Shown here: piece by piece, positions 48,384 through 57,903 of the stretch
Numbering within the stretch: the stretch's first letter is position 1
How the letters are laid out: each line of letters begins with the position of its first letter
NCBI GenBank assembly: GCA_963771075.1
Contig: CAVYSE010000020.1
Location: forward strand, 1 to 64,000
DNA: 64,000 nt
Direction: 5' to 3'
Source of the DNA: a candidate division FCPU426 bacterium
GTDB lineage: Bacteria; Oederibacteriota; Muellerivitia; Muellerivitales; Muellerivitaceae
Program-made: the position numbers and the translations under genes
The notes under the pieces: generated by a model
What the model was told of the DNA's origin: nothing
The model's input: only the letters and a program-made list of their open reading frames with translations
The model's database searches: none

Positions 48384-49052
48384 ATGAAAAAGATATCTAC
48401 TGATGGCTTTCTAAGATGGGTTTTGCCGACCGTGCTATTCATCGGCACCCCCTGTTTACTGGGGGCTCAACCCGCCGTCGATTTCAGCAACATGGACAAG
48501 GGTTTGAGGGCCGAAAAGGCCGGGGATTATCCCCAGGCCCTGAAATGGTACCGGATGGTTGCCGATGAGGGAGCCTCCGCCGAATGCAACATCGGCACGA
48601 TGTACGCCCAAGGGTATGGGGTGACCCGAAATTACCAGGAAGCCATGAGGTGGTTTCTCATGGCCGCAGGGCAAGGGAACGCGTCGGCCCAGTGCAATAT
48701 CGGAGTGATGTTCGAAAAGGGGCGTGGTGTGACGGTGGACAACCAAAAAGCCATTGATTGGTACCAAAAGGCCGCCGCCCAGGGAAACGCCCTGGCGGAG
48801 TTCAATATTGGAAATTTATACGAATCGCGGGGCAGGCCCCAGGATTACCCGGAGGCCCTGAAGTGGTACCAGAAGGCCGCCGCCCAGGGCTTTCCTCCGG
48901 CGGAATGCGGCATGGGGTCGCTGTTCGCCAAGGGCCGGGGCGTGACCCAGGATTATAAGGAGGCCTTGGAGTGGTACCAGAAAGCCGCCGCGCAAGGCTA
49001 CGAGCCAGCCCAAAAGGTGATCGAAGAAATCAAAAAAATAATGGCTAAGTGA
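48384..49052 (+). CDS. Exported Sel1-repeat protein
   Basis: AQCNIGVMFEKGRGVTVDNQKAIDWYQKAAAQG-type repeats; signal peptide. Confidence 0.92.
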   Translation: MKKISTDGFLRWVLPTVLFIGTPCLLGAQPAVDFSNMDKGLRAEKAGDYPQALKWYRMVADEGASAECNIGTMYAQGYGVTRNYQEAMRWFLMAAGQGNASAQCNIGVMFEKGRGVTVDNQKAIDWYQKAAAQGNALAEFNIGNLYESRGRPQDYPEALKWYQKAAAQGFPPAECGMGSLFAKGRGVTQDYKEALEWYQKAAAQGYEPAQKVIEEIKKIMAK

Positions 49053-49271
49053 ATAATTTTCTATTTTCCAAGACGGGGAGCCATCTATAAATCTGGGAGA
49101 AAAATGGAGGTCGACTATAAGTCATAAAAATCTTATGCTCCTTGTTGCTGGATATTTTCTTGCTCTAGCCACCTTTCTCCATGCCGGAGTCGTCTCCTTG
49201 ACAGAGACGGAAGTCTTGCGGCTCAAGGCCCTGGTAAAGTCCATCCCGTAAGCCATTAGAAGGAGTCCAAA

Positions 49272-49643
49272 ATGCCGGACGCAAATATTTATATGGAAAG
49301 GCGGGTTGCCCCGAGGATTAAGGTCAATGTCCCTGTTAAGTACCGTTTTCTTGAGGACGAAAAGGAAATAAAAACCGTATTGGAGCATCGGGAAAGGGAA
49401 AAAAGCGCTCTTGCCATGGATATCAGCCTGGGTGGAATGCAAATTACCACGGACCAGGCGATTGAAGAAGGGGACGTTCTGGAATTTGAAATCATATTGC
49501 CGGATCTTTCCGAAAGCTTGTCTGCTATTGCCCGAGTGGTTTGGGCGAATGAGAACACCGGGGGTATTCATTTTTTAAAGTTAAGCGAAGAGGATTTTTT
49601 GGTGCTAAAAGTTTACGTACATAAGGCCACCATGAATCAGTAG
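49272..49643 (+). CDS. Stand-alone PilZ-domain protein (c-di-GMP receptor)
   Basis: ERRVAPR (RxxxR) and DISLGG (DxSxxG). Confidence 0.9.
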   Translation: MPDANIYMERRVAPRIKVNVPVKYRFLEDEKEIKTVLEHREREKSALAMDISLGGMQITTDQAIEEGDVLEFEIILPDLSESLSAIARVVWANENTGGIHFLKLSEEDFLVLKVYVHKATMNQ

Positions 49644-49755
49644 CATTATTCAAAAGGACGATGGCGTTGGTATCCACGAAGGGGAACTGGATTAGACAAG
49701 TCTTCCCGATGAGAGAGGCACAAGCCCACAGTTGTATGTCCGATAAGGGGCAAAC

Positions 49756-51687
49756 ATGAAAATAACTTTGCCAGCGGCAGTTGTTTGTTTCCTCCTCCTC
49801 GGCTTCGCAAACCCAGTTGGCGCCCAAGTCCCGGCCAATTACAGCCTGGTTTGGAGCGACGAGTTTTCCGGCCCTCCGGGTAGTTCCCCCAACCCCGCTA
49901 ACTGGGCTTATCAAACCGGCGCGACCGGATTCGGGAACAACGATCTTCAAAATTACACCGCCGACCCGGCAAACTCGCAGATTGTGGCCGACCCCAACGC
50001 CACGGACGGCAGCGCCCTGGCCATCATCGCCCTGGACCCGGGCGGCAACAACGGCCAGCTGGGCGATTACACCTCGGCGATGATCCAAAGCCTCGGCCTG
50101 CAGAGTTTCCAATACGGCTATGTGGAGGCACGCATCCAAATGCCCACCGCGCCGGGCATGCATCCCACCTTTTGGATGATGGGCACCGACTACCCAACCA
50201 TCGGCTGGCCCAAGTGCGGCGAGCTGGACATCATGGAAAACAACGGCCAACCCGCCAACCAATCCCTCAATTTCGGTTCCATCCACGGCCCGAACTATAC
50301 TGGCGCCGAATACGGGACCACCTACACGCTTCCGGCCGGACAGCAGTTCCAAAACGCCTACCACACCTTCTCCATCCTTTGGCAGCAGGATCAGATCGCC
50401 TATGGGGTGGATGGCAACACCTACGAAACCTTCACGCCCTCGAACATCGGGGGCAATAGCTGGGTCTTCAACAACCCCTTCTACTTTCTTTTGAGCCTGG
50501 AAATCGGGGGAAGTTGGCCCGGTCCGCCCACCGCCTCCACCTCTTTTCCCCAGACCTTCCTGGTGGATTACGTGCGGATTTATCAGCCCGATACCCCCAC
50601 TCCGACGGGAGTCTGGTTGACTTCCACCCCCACCCTCACTCCCTCGCAGACTTCCAGCCCAACACCCACATTCACCCCGGGTGGGGTGGATTGTCCGGCC
50701 ACGATGATCGACGACTTTGAGAACCAGGCCCTCAACGGTGTGCCCCCGGCCCGCCCCAACCTCTGGGGAGGCGCCTGGCAAACCTATTTTTCTTCCGCCA
50801 CCATCGGCGTTACCTACAACGGTCCGGGGGCAGACGGCACCAACTATTCGGCGGGGATCACCGGAACCATAACTGCAAACAACGGTTATGCGGGCTGGCA
50901 GACGAAACTTTTTTCAAATTCGGCACCATTCAACGCGCCCGCCAACGGGCTCGACCGGATCCAATTTTGGTTCAGGGGGGACGGTAATGTTTACCGGGCC
51001 AACCTCTTGAACGCGGCCGTGACCGACGGCGATGCATATGGGGTGGATTTCCTTCCCCCCACGGGTGTTTGGACCTTTTACCAGGTTCCGTTCAACACCA
51101 TGGCCCGGCAGGGGTTCGGTACCCAAACGGGCTTGCCCCTGCACCCCTCGGGGGCCGACTCGAAGGGGGTGGGTTTCCAGGTCGTCCAAACCCCCGCAGC
51201 TTTCGCCTACTCGGTGGACCAGGTCGCCTTTGCCTGTGATCTCCCGACCGCGACGCCTTATCTTAGCCCGACGGTCACCAACACCCCCACGGCCAGCCTC
51301 ACACCCACTATCACCCTGACGCCTACGATAACTTCCACCCCTACCATCACCTTGACCCCCACCGTCACGGGCACCCCCACGCCTACGGCGGTGATTACTA
51401 CCCAGTCCATCGGAGTGCCCTATCCAAACCCCGCAAAGGGTTTACCAGGGGTGAACTTCAATGTTCAGTCGCCAGAGGCCGCCACCGTGGCCTGGGATGT
51501 CTTCACGACGGCCTTCAGGAAAATAGGTGGTGGAACTCAATCCATCACCGCTAGCGGCACAGTGACTTGGAACTTGAACGATAACCAGGGCAATCCGGTG
51601 TCCAACGGCCTTTATTACGTCCGGGTGAAGGTCAATGACGGGTCGTCAACCATGACGAAGATTTTGAAGGTTCTGGTTATCCGGTAA
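49756..51687 (+). CDS. Secreted GH16 (laminarinase-like) with CIA30/CBM11-like domain, PT linker and CTD
   Basis: LVWSDEF; WPKCGELDIME catalytic motif; FLVDYVRIYQ; PYPNP..WNLNDNQG..SNGLYYV..LKVLVIR. Confidence 0.9.
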   Translation: MKITLPAAVVCFLLLGFANPVGAQVPANYSLVWSDEFSGPPGSSPNPANWAYQTGATGFGNNDLQNYTADPANSQIVADPNATDGSALAIIALDPGGNNGQLGDYTSAMIQSLGLQSFQYGYVEARIQMPTAPGMHPTFWMMGTDYPTIGWPKCGELDIMENNGQPANQSLNFGSIHGPNYTGAEYGTTYTLPAGQQFQNAYHTFSILWQQDQIAYGVDGNTYETFTPSNIGGNSWVFNNPFYFLLSLEIGGSWPGPPTASTSFPQTFLVDYVRIYQPDTPTPTGVWLTSTPTLTPSQTSSPTPTFTPGGVDCPATMIDDFENQALNGVPPARPNLWGGAWQTYFSSATIGVTYNGPGADGTNYSAGITGTITANNGYAGWQTKLFSNSAPFNAPANGLDRIQFWFRGDGNVYRANLLNAAVTDGDAYGVDFLPPTGVWTFYQVPFNTMARQGFGTQTGLPLHPSGADSKGVGFQVVQTPAAFAYSVDQVAFACDLPTATPYLSPTVTNTPTASLTPTITLTPTITSTPTITLTPTVTGTPTPTAVITTQSIGVPYPNPAKGLPGVNFNVQSPEAATVAWDVFTTAFRKIGGGTQSITASGTVTWNLNDNQGNPVSNGLYYVRVKVNDGSSTMTKILKVLVIR

Positions 51688-51960
51688 CGGGAAACTCTTG
51701 TCAAATCCCATAGAATCTGGTCGTTAGATGAGTCAAGCACCCCGAAAATTGTCCAGGTCAGAAATCCGAATTGGACAGAATGATCTTTTGAGATATAGCT
51801 TTCAGGTTAGTTAAAAGGAACTAAAAATCATTTTGGCGAAACCGAGCCGCAAGCGTTGTTTGATGTCAAAGCCATTCGTGGTCGGGGCTCTTCAAGACCT
51901 CTTTGGGCAAGCTGGTTCCCGGTTTTTTTAAAATAGGATTTCCGGGGGAACCGCACCAGC

Positions 51961-53199
51961 TCAATACCGCCGCTGGGGTTTGGGATCCGGCTTACGGTTC
52001 AAGAGATCCTCGATGTAGGACACGAGTTCCTGGGTTTCCATCGCGGCGACTTGATCCGGTGATTTCAAGGGCGGGGTTGGCTCTGCCGGCGCGGCTGGTT
52101 CCGCTGGGGGTGCCGGCTCCAGCGTTATTGGGGGCGGCGGGGTTTCGGCGATCGGGACGGGTTCCGGGTTCTCAACGGGCGCTAATGGCTCCACCGGGGG
52201 AATCGGTTCCACTGCCTTCACCGAAGAGAGTGTTGATTCCGCCTCCGACATTTTTCCTAATTCTTCGAGGCTTGGCAGGGAAGGCATGAGTAAAAGGGGT
52301 TGCTGTGTTTCCGGAAGGGCCACCGCCGGGTCGGGGCCAGACCGCTGGAAATCCGCTATTTTCTCTTTGACCGGTGGTTCGGCCTGATTGACCGCCCCTT
52401 GGGGAACGGGCGGGTTGCCCGGGAAGATAGGCTCCTTGACCGGGATCTTTACCAGATTGGGAGATTCCGAGGAGATCGGCTCGATGGGTGGTTTGGGAGC
52501 AAGGGAAATGGGCGCTTCCTGGGCGGTGGGCAGGTCTTTGGGTGCAGGTTTCGTCTTCATAGCCTCGGCGCTCATTGCCCGAACAGCCTTGGGAGGGTGT
52601 TGGTCGACCGGCAATTGGACATGAAAGGGGGCCAAAAGGGAGTAAAAGTAATATAGAAAGCTCTGGTATTGCCGGGTGGCGAATTGAACCAGGGCATCCT
52701 GAAGCGGTAGGTTGTCGCCCTTGCCCAGCCGGGTCAGCAGGTCCTTGACCGAACGGAAATAGGCCCCCGCGTCCTGGTACTTGACGTCCTTCCAGAGAAA
52801 TTGAAGTGATTCGGCGATGGCCATAATCTCCTGGCACATGCCCATCCGCTCGGTCCCGTCCTGGAAACGGATCCATCCCTGCTCGCGGAGGTTCTCCATG
52901 ACGTAATCTTCCAAGATATCCAGGCGGTCCTCCGGGTCCACCATCCGGTCGAACGATTCCTCCTTCATCGTACGGATCAGGTTGCCCAAGCTGAGGCCCA
53001 ATATCTGCTTGAGCAGAACCTGCTTGGGGATATTCCTCGTGTTCGCACGACTAAACTCGTCCAGGCTTTCCCGCATGCCCGAGACACGGATGAGGTTCTT
53101 GGCGATCTTCAAGCTGGCGCCGTCAAAAAAGATATACATTTCGTTCCTGGTTCGGATGGGAGGATCGTGGGGTAAGGCCATCCCTGACTTCCCTGACAT
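51961..53199 (-). CDS. Hypothetical protein with helical N-domain and Pro/Glu-rich tail
   Basis: 412-aa ORF with coding-like composition; no recognised family. Confidence 0.7.
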   Translation of the reverse strand: MSGKSGMALPHDPPIRTRNEMYIFFDGASLKIAKNLIRVSGMRESLDEFSRANTRNIPKQVLLKQILGLSLGNLIRTMKEESFDRMVDPEDRLDILEDYVMENLREQGWIRFQDGTERMGMCQEIMAIAESLQFLWKDVKYQDAGAYFRSVKDLLTRLGKGDNLPLQDALVQFATRQYQSFLYYFYSLLAPFHVQLPVDQHPPKAVRAMSAEAMKTKPAPKDLPTAQEAPISLAPKPPIEPISSESPNLVKIPVKEPIFPGNPPVPQGAVNQAEPPVKEKIADFQRSGPDPAVALPETQQPLLLMPSLPSLEELGKMSEAESTLSSVKAVEPIPPVEPLAPVENPEPVPIAETPPPPITLEPAPPAEPAAPAEPTPPLKSPDQVAAMETQELVSYIEDLLNRKPDPKPQRRY

Positions 53200-53295
53200 T
53201 CTACCGCCTGGGACCGCGCGATAAAGTCATTCCATGGGGATTTCGCCCCCGGTCGCAATCTCTTTATACTCTTGGTATTAACTTTATGGAAATGA

Positions 53296-55242
53296 GTGCC
53301 GATGCAAGAACCCTCCCAATCCCACCCCCCCGCTCGATCCCGGATCCTCTGGCGCCTGGTCCTATTCCTTTGCTTGATCCTGGTGGCCATTCTGGGCGCC
53401 CGCAAGATCTCGGCCCATGACATGGGGTTCCATCTCAAGGGAGGGGAATGGATCGCCCAACACCGGCAGGTGCCGCAGGTGGATACCTATACCTACAGCG
53501 CGCAAGGCAACCCCTATATCGATTCCCATTGGCTTTACCAACTCGCCCTTTATGGGCTTTACCAGGCCGGGGGTTATGACGCCCTGACCCTGGCCCATGT
53601 CGTCCTCTTGTTTTGCGGTTTTCTTTTACTGGCTCTTCGGTGCCGTAAACCCCGGGCCCCCGACTGGTTGAACCCCGCCCTCCTCACCCTGGCGGCCTTC
53701 ATTATGGAAAGGAGGTTCGTGGAGAGGCCGGAGATCGTTTCCTGGCTTTTCCTGGGCGCCACCCTGTGGGTTTTAGAAACCTATTCTTCAAAACGGAAAC
53801 CGATCCTATGGCTTTTGCCGCTCCTTCAGCTGGTATGGGTCGATATCGAGGGGCTTTTCGTGCTGGGTTGGATCGCCATGGGAGCCTACTGGTTGGGTTC
53901 CTGGCGGGAGGAAAAAAAACCCGATCCCCGGCTGACTATCTTTTCAGGGTTGGCCATCGCGGCCGATTTCCTGAATCCCTATTTCATAAGGGGAGTCGCC
54001 TATCCTTTTTCCTTCATATCCAAGATGCAAGGCGACATCTACAACCAAACCGTCACGGAACTTCGGTCTCTTCCCGATTTTCTTTCTCCTTCGGTCCTTT
54101 CAGGCGATTCTAAAAGCTTCGCCTATTTCTACTGCCTCTACCTGGTAGCCTATCTCTTGGTCACGGCCTTGACCCTCAAAAGGCGCAAGTGGACCGAACT
54201 ACTGGTCGCCGTTGCATTTGGTTATCTCTCCATCAAGGCTGTTCGAAACATTCCCCTGGGCCTGATCGCCACGCTTCCTTCCGCGACGGCGGGGTTGTCG
54301 GACCTGATCGAAAAGATTAAGGGCGGGTGGACCGGCCCAGCCATGGGGACCGATCGGGCCTGGGGGGCCGACCGGGCCTGGAGGGGCTGGCTACAATATG
54401 GCCTTCCCGTCCTTTTCGCCCTGGGGTTAACGGCCTGGGGAGCGAGGGTGGCCACCAGCGCCTATTACCTCGCGGACCTGAGGCCCGAACGTTTCGGCCT
54501 GGGATTGGACCCGGATATGCTGCCCATGGAGGCGGCCCAATATATGGCCCGGGAGCGGTTGGACGGGAAGATCCTGAACTCCCCCAATTTTGGGGGATGG
54601 CTGGAATGGGGGGGGAGTCCGCCCCTATACATGGACGGGCGGTGGGAGGTGATGGGGGATGACCTTTATCGGCGTTACCTGGACATGACCTTCACCCAGG
54701 GAAGGAGTTGGGGGGGATTAAGCGCCGAATTGATCCGAACGGGGGCGGACATCGTGATCTTCGAGCCCAGGGTCGAGGGGTCCTGGGCCGAACAACTCAG
54801 TTCCTTATCCGACTGGCGGCTGGTTTACCTGGACGGTTGCAGCGCCCTTTATTTAAAGAAGGGGTACCGGGACGATATTCCGGATTTTTCCTGGGACGGG
54901 ATGGTCACATCCCTCGGCCTGAGGCCCCTGGCCGAAGGGGACCTGGAGGAAAGCCTGGGTCGCATGGGCCATTCACGAGTTTCCTACTGGTTGGACGGGT
55001 TTATCCATCCCCGGGCTTTTCCCTGGGGGATCTTTAACCGCCGGATACTGCTGACCCATTATTCGCAGGGCCAGGCCGCTTTAAGCCTGGACCTGGAATT
55101 GGCACGCCAAAGCGGAGGGTTTTACGAACCCTTCCTCGGTTGGCTGGCCCAGGATTGCCTCAAACAAGGAAACCGGGAGGGGGCCCGCCGAGTCTACGCG
55201 CGAATCATGGAGTTAAGATCAGGGGATCAACCCGGCCGGTAG
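53296..55242 (+). CDS. Polytopic membrane protein, GT-C glycosyltransferase-like, with TPR-like tail
   Basis: First-loop HDMGFHLKGGEWI..P..DTY..WLYQ; RP motif; many TM helices; FGGWL..YMDGR. Confidence 0.6.
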   Translation: MPMQEPSQSHPPARSRILWRLVLFLCLILVAILGARKISAHDMGFHLKGGEWIAQHRQVPQVDTYTYSAQGNPYIDSHWLYQLALYGLYQAGGYDALTLAHVVLLFCGFLLLALRCRKPRAPDWLNPALLTLAAFIMERRFVERPEIVSWLFLGATLWVLETYSSKRKPILWLLPLLQLVWVDIEGLFVLGWIAMGAYWLGSWREEKKPDPRLTIFSGLAIAADFLNPYFIRGVAYPFSFISKMQGDIYNQTVTELRSLPDFLSPSVLSGDSKSFAYFYCLYLVAYLLVTALTLKRRKWTELLVAVAFGYLSIKAVRNIPLGLIATLPSATAGLSDLIEKIKGGWTGPAMGTDRAWGADRAWRGWLQYGLPVLFALGLTAWGARVATSAYYLADLRPERFGLGLDPDMLPMEAAQYMARERLDGKILNSPNFGGWLEWGGSPPLYMDGRWEVMGDDLYRRYLDMTFTQGRSWGGLSAELIRTGADIVIFEPRVEGSWAEQLSSLSDWRLVYLDGCSALYLKKGYRDDIPDFSWDGMVTSLGLRPLAEGDLEESLGRMGHSRVSYWLDGFIHPRAFPWGIFNRRILLTHYSQGQAALSLDLELARQSGGFYEPFLGWLAQDCLKQGNREGARRVYARIMELRSGDQPGR

Positions 55243-55330
55243 GGTGAATAGCCGGTAAAAGAAAGGGTACCGTAGGAAAACTAAAAACCCGCTAGAATGT
55301 GGCTTCCAATCCATCCCCTGGAGTGAACCC

Positions 55331-55684
55331 ATGCCCGAATTTAAAAAAGCCTATGTCACCCTCATGGTGAACGACCTGGACAAGTCGGTTGACTTTTATA
55401 ACGGAACCCTCGGCATGTACGAGGACCTGCGGTTCGGCGACAGCTGGTCCGAAATGACCACGAAGGGCCTCACCCTCGGGTTGCATCCCAAGCGGCCGGG
55501 GACCCATCCCTCCCCCCATGAAAATCACATTTCCATCGGGTTCGAGGTGGCGGACCTGAAAAAAGCCGCCAGGGAACTGGAAGAGAAGGGAGTGGCCCTC
55601 CATTACCAGGAAAACGACGTGAATTTTTTGGCCTTTTTCAAGGACCCGGATGGAACCCCGCTTTATCTTGTGCAGGTCCGATAG
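55331..55684 (+). CDS. VOC / glyoxalase family protein
   Basis: VTLMVNDLDKSVDFYNGTLG; FEVADL; FFKDPDG. Confidence 0.9.
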   Translation: MPEFKKAYVTLMVNDLDKSVDFYNGTLGMYEDLRFGDSWSEMTTKGLTLGLHPKRPGTHPSPHENHISIGFEVADLKKAARELEEKGVALHYQENDVNFLAFFKDPDGTPLYLVQVR

Positions 55685-55690
55685 GCGGCT

Positions 55691-57748
55691 TTGGTCTTGA
55701 AACCCATTGGAACTGTCCCACGGGCATTGACCTTGGCGCGATTTAACACCTGGTGGAAAGAGCTTTCGGAGGAGGAAGCGGAAGAACGCCGGTTATTGGA
55801 GCCGGACCGGGTTTTCCTCATTTCGGCCCTCATGTCGCTGGATATCGCCATCAATGCCTTTTACCTGGTGTGGCGGGTTCGGAACCAACAGAGCGACCCC
55901 TATTACAATCTGCTGCCGGGCGGATTAACCCTTCTTCTATTGGGCTTGCTCCGGTGGAAGCCGGACCACTACCGGTGGATTGCCCGTTTCTGCCTCCTCC
56001 AAGTTTTCCTGTTTATCATTGCCGGGCCCGATATCTGGAACCCCGGCTATCTGGCCCCCACGATGGTGTTCCTGCCCCTTCTCCCTTTCTTATCCCTGAT
56101 GCTGGACGGCCCCCGCGCGGGCCTGGTGATGATGGCCCTGGAAAGCCTATTTTTCTTGTTTTACCTCCACCAGGTGCCAGGCCTTGCGCCCCGAGACGGA
56201 CAGATGCGGTTCAACCTCTTGTTGAACATCCTGGGATATTTTTGGGTGGGCTGGGCCGCCTGGCGCCAGTTCCAGCGGCTGAATGGAATCCAAAAGGAAA
56301 ATGCCTCGGTCCTGAGGGAACTCAATGACGAATGCGAGCGCAGCTTGAAAAATGTTTTCGAGAAACTGGAGACCCATGTGAGGCAGATGGGCCTTCTCCT
56401 GAATGGGGAGGGGCCGGTGGACCCAACCCTCCTGACCGACCCTGTCGCGTCCATCCATGGGCTTTTGAGGGGATTCGGGCAAAACCCCGGTCCCGGTGAG
56501 GAAAAGGAATCCATCCCGGGCGGCCTTGAGCAGTTGGGGGAAGCGCGCCTGAGGGTCGCTAAAATTCTGGCGGCCGCGATTTTGATCCTTCAGAGCTTTT
56601 CGGTTTTTAGGATCCTGTATTCCCATCCGCCCTTGAGGTTCTATCCGTTCCTGGCGCCGTACCTATTATTGGTTTTCGTGGCCTTCGTTTTGTTAAGGCA
56701 AACCCGCTGGGAAAAACGGTTGGCTTGGCTGCTGGTGATGACCGTCATCGCCATTTTTTTCACGGGATGTCTTTACTGGGGATACGGTGAACCGGCGCCG
56801 GGCCTCGTCTCCCTGCCCGCCATCCTCATGTTCTCGTCCTTGCTGGAATTAGAGGGCTTTTGGCTCCGGGGAACGGCGATGACGTTTTGCCTGGCGGGTC
56901 TCGGTTTTTATAGCCTTACCCCCGCTCCCTTGCCATCCCCCCAACTCAAGTTGTTGGTCTCGCTGATGTTGATGTTGCTGGTGGCCTTGGCCTCGGGCTG
57001 GGTCTTTTGGCGCCTACGCCGCAGGCTTCTCATGCTTTTGGAGGATCAAAATGAAAGATATCGGGTTTCGCTGAGGGTCCGGCGGCGGCTCCTGGGCACC
57101 CTCCGGCACGATATTATCAACCCCCTTTCGGCCATCAACCTGTTTTTGTCCGTCAACCCACGAACTCCCGATTGGGCGCAGATCCGCGCGCTCACGGCCC
57201 GAATGGCGAATATCCTTCGCAACAGCCGGGACCTGCTCGAGACCGGTCCCCAATCGACCGCCGCCCACCTGGGACGGCTGGATTGGAATTTGCTGGTGGT
57301 ACGGGTTCGGGAGGTGTTTGGGGGTTGGCTGGGGCAAAAGGGACTGACCCTGGAGGTCCAAGGGGATACGTCAACGAATTTCGCCTGCCATCCGGAAGTT
57401 TTGTGCGACTCGGTGCTGGCCAATCTGGTCTCCAACGCCATCAAATTCTCACCGCGGGGAGCCAAGATCGAATTGACCTGCGGGGTGGCGGGAACCCAGG
57501 TGTGGATCCGGGTGGCGGACCGCGGGCCGGGCATACCCGGAGCCTTGTTGGACGAATTCCGCAAAGGACACCGCCTGCCCTCGGGCAAGGGAAGCGAGGG
57601 GGAAAAGGGCACCGGGTTGGGCCTGCTCTTGGCCCACGATTACGCCCGCTTCATGGGGGGAGAGTTGGAATTGGGACCCCGGGAGGGCGGGGGCACCGAG
57701 GCTACCTTGCGATTAAGGAAATACAATCCGTTACCCGCCGAAAATTAG
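55691..57748 (+). CDS. Membrane sensor histidine kinase HK1 with duplicated TM block
   Basis: H-box HDIINPL; N-box NLVSNAIKF; G1 DRGPGI; G2 GTGLGL. Confidence 0.9.
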   Translation: MVLKPIGTVPRALTLARFNTWWKELSEEEAEERRLLEPDRVFLISALMSLDIAINAFYLVWRVRNQQSDPYYNLLPGGLTLLLLGLLRWKPDHYRWIARFCLLQVFLFIIAGPDIWNPGYLAPTMVFLPLLPFLSLMLDGPRAGLVMMALESLFFLFYLHQVPGLAPRDGQMRFNLLLNILGYFWVGWAAWRQFQRLNGIQKENASVLRELNDECERSLKNVFEKLETHVRQMGLLLNGEGPVDPTLLTDPVASIHGLLRGFGQNPGPGEEKESIPGGLEQLGEARLRVAKILAAAILILQSFSVFRILYSHPPLRFYPFLAPYLLLVFVAFVLLRQTRWEKRLAWLLVMTVIAIFFTGCLYWGYGEPAPGLVSLPAILMFSSLLELEGFWLRGTAMTFCLAGLGFYSLTPAPLPSPQLKLLVSLMLMLLVALASGWVFWRLRRRLLMLLEDQNERYRVSLRVRRRLLGTLRHDIINPLSAINLFLSVNPRTPDWAQIRALTARMANILRNSRDLLETGPQSTAAHLGRLDWNLLVVRVREVFGGWLGQKGLTLEVQGDTSTNFACHPEVLCDSVLANLVSNAIKFSPRGAKIELTCGVAGTQVWIRVADRGPGIPGALLDEFRKGHRLPSGKGSEGEKGTGLGLLLAHDYARFMGGELELGPREGGGTEATLRLRKYNPLPAEN

Positions 57749-57903
57749 ACCTTGCCTTTATCCTGCCGAATAGAACCCTTTTTCCGGGTAGTTGCATTCT
57801 TCAATTGGGATGCCTGTTAAATGGGGTAAGATAATGAACGCCGCAAATAACGGCGTGTCACGGCGATTCCGCCCCATGCCGGGAATGCCAGGGGAGCAGG
57901 GTT

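Noticed and set aside
42918..50781. Long antisense ORFs (e.g. 42918..43991, 49525..50781) and similar shadow ORFs across the window
   Set aside because: Expected by-products of GC-rich, repetitive coding on the opposite strand; no motifs or ribosome-binding sites.
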